Shown here: piece by piece, positions 62,500 through 64,000 of the stretch
How the letters are laid out: every line of letters starts with the position of its first letter
Position numbering within the stretch: the first letter of the stretch is position 1
Origin: Anthoceros angustus
Lineage: Eukaryota; Plantae; Anthocerotophyta
Direction: 5' to 3'
Length of the DNA: 64,000 nt
NCBI GenBank assembly: GCA_010909165.1
Contig: MU008189.1
Coordinates: 62,001-126,000 of the forward strand
Notes under the pieces: model-generated
The model's database searches: none
What the model was told of the DNA's origin: nothing
What the model saw: only the letters and a program-made list of their open reading frames with translations
Translations under genes and position numbers: made by a program

Positions 62500-63330
62500 G
62501 TGTCAGTGGTGGTATTCAGAGGACCACCAGGCTTTCCTTGCAGCTCGCCTTGAGCTGCAGGGGAGGGTGGAACTGAATGTTGAAGGATAAGGCCTCTTTC
62601 CCACGAGGTAGTACCTACCTCAATCTCTGGGTATGGTTTTCCCGTAAGCTGGTGATCATCTCACTTCCATTTCGTGTCTTTTGATATGCTTGCAGACACA
62701 CACAGGGCGCTGGGGACAAGAGTCAAGCTCCAAGGATATGTACTTAGTGGTTGTCATGCTCCTTAAGGTAGCCAGGGCATGGTGAACAACGAATTCGATT
62801 TGCACACTTGAATCTAGACTGCTGGAAGAATTATAGAGTTGAGCAAGCGGATACATGCGCATATGAAGCCCGCAAGTTGGGGTTTTGGATATTATTGTAG
62901 GTGTCAGGATGAACGAAGGAAGATTCAGTTGGAAGATTGGTTTCCTAAGCAGTGTCTGCTCAGATTTCTTACTCCTGAAAAGGTTCATACACGGCTACTC
63001 CCTCTCTATGTTGAGAATAAGGGCTGATACGCATGGGCCAACGGCCAAACTATTGACAATTTCTCGAAACGAGAGAACGTTGTGCGGGGCATTTTATGTT
63101 GCTTTAAAAGGTATTGTGTTAGCTTTCACGCAACTTTATGCAAGAATCAGCTTTGATGTAAGCATCACTGTGCGCTATGCAAACCACATGCACGAGGAAA
63201 GTAGGTCAGCTGCTGCTTCTCCAAGACAGAGAATACCCCATTAAACTATGTTACTGCTGCTTGTCCAAGACATAGAATAACCCATTAAACTATGTCAAAG
63301 TCTGTTCCAACCTTCTCAACTTGGATCAAG

Positions 63331-63969
63331 ATGGCCAAGGCTGTTATCTTATTTGCGATGTGGATGTTGGTGGGCTTGCAAGCAGCAATTGCACAAGAGA
63401 GTTCCTCCTGTTACGACGGCACTTCTCGGCTCAGGTTCACGAAATTTTGGATTGCTAGGGAAGGATTATCCGATGTGACGTATGACGGCAGACCCATTAA
63501 CCTCGTAGGCCCGAAAACTAAATTGATTATTGATGCTAACGGGTTAGCGATTGCGAGTGTGGACGTGAACACCTATGAAAAGTGTGTAGAGGAAGGCACA
63601 TGTATGTTGTCGAATGGGAAGCTCATTGCATACGATTCATATCGTGAATTCTTTTTCGTTGTGGATCAAACGAAGTATCCCTATGGAATTGGGTCCACCA
63701 ACAATCCGTTGCACCCTTTTGTGAGCGTAGCCATTGGCGACCTACCCTTCGGAACAAAGCTATCAATTCCAGCGTTGAAGAACGTGAAGCTCCCAAACGG
63801 AGAAGCACATAATGGGTGCGTCCAGGTAGAGGATAGTGGTGGGCACGGTCCTTGTTACATCGATTTCTTTGTGGTCTCGTACTCAAACTACGTGGCATTA
63901 GATTCGAACTTACCGGAATACACTACAGCTGAAATAGACCCGAATTGTGTGATTCTCAATTACGTTTAA
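63331..63969 (+). CDS. Secreted 3D-domain (MltA/RlpA-like double-psi beta-barrel) protein, intronless
   Basis: Signal-like MAKAVILFAMWMLVGLQAAIA. The C-terminal PFVSVAIGDLPFGTKLSIP..VQVEDSGG..YIDFFV fits the 3D pattern VAvD..iP.Gt....eDtG....IDif. An upstream in-frame ATG lies at 63292. Confidence 0.65.
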   Translation: MAKAVILFAMWMLVGLQAAIAQESSSCYDGTSRLRFTKFWIAREGLSDVTYDGRPINLVGPKTKLIIDANGLAIASVDVNTYEKCVEEGTCMLSNGKLIAYDSYREFFFVVDQTKYPYGIGSTNNPLHPFVSVAIGDLPFGTKLSIPALKNVKLPNGEAHNGCVQVEDSGGHGPCYIDFFVVSYSNYVALDSNLPEYTTAEIDPNCVILNYV

Positions 63970-64000
63970 TCAAACAATTCTATTCCTCTTAGTTTTTGCG

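Overview
Gene-dense eukaryotic nuclear DNA with short GT-AG introns. It is most likely from a hornwort, inferred from the DYW:KP-type PPR proteins ending in DRH/DRF, the long LL-type PPR motifs and the compact spacing. Supported genes are the 3' part of APC1, four PLS-class PPR RNA-editing factors (two E+, two DYW:KP candidate U-to-C editors), a CYP71-clan P450, IPMS, proteasome beta-2, PIFI with an internal ~750-bp tandem duplication, SPT4 (recovered by manual splicing), MO25 with an intronless CDS, a TMEM62-like metallophosphoesterase and an intronless secreted 3D-domain (MltA-like) protein. These gene islands are separated by decayed Copia, Ty3/gypsy and CRE-like retroelements, two inverted solo LTRs with 4-bp TSDs, a SINE-like family, minisatellites and a mosaic of LRR and polyamine oxidase pseudogene fragments. 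The best leads are the two DYW:KP deaminases with shortened gating regions, the possibly horizontally acquired 3D-domain enzyme, and two tight same-strand gene trios that each contain a DYW:KP PPR. All calls come from reading the sequence by eye; no searches were run.
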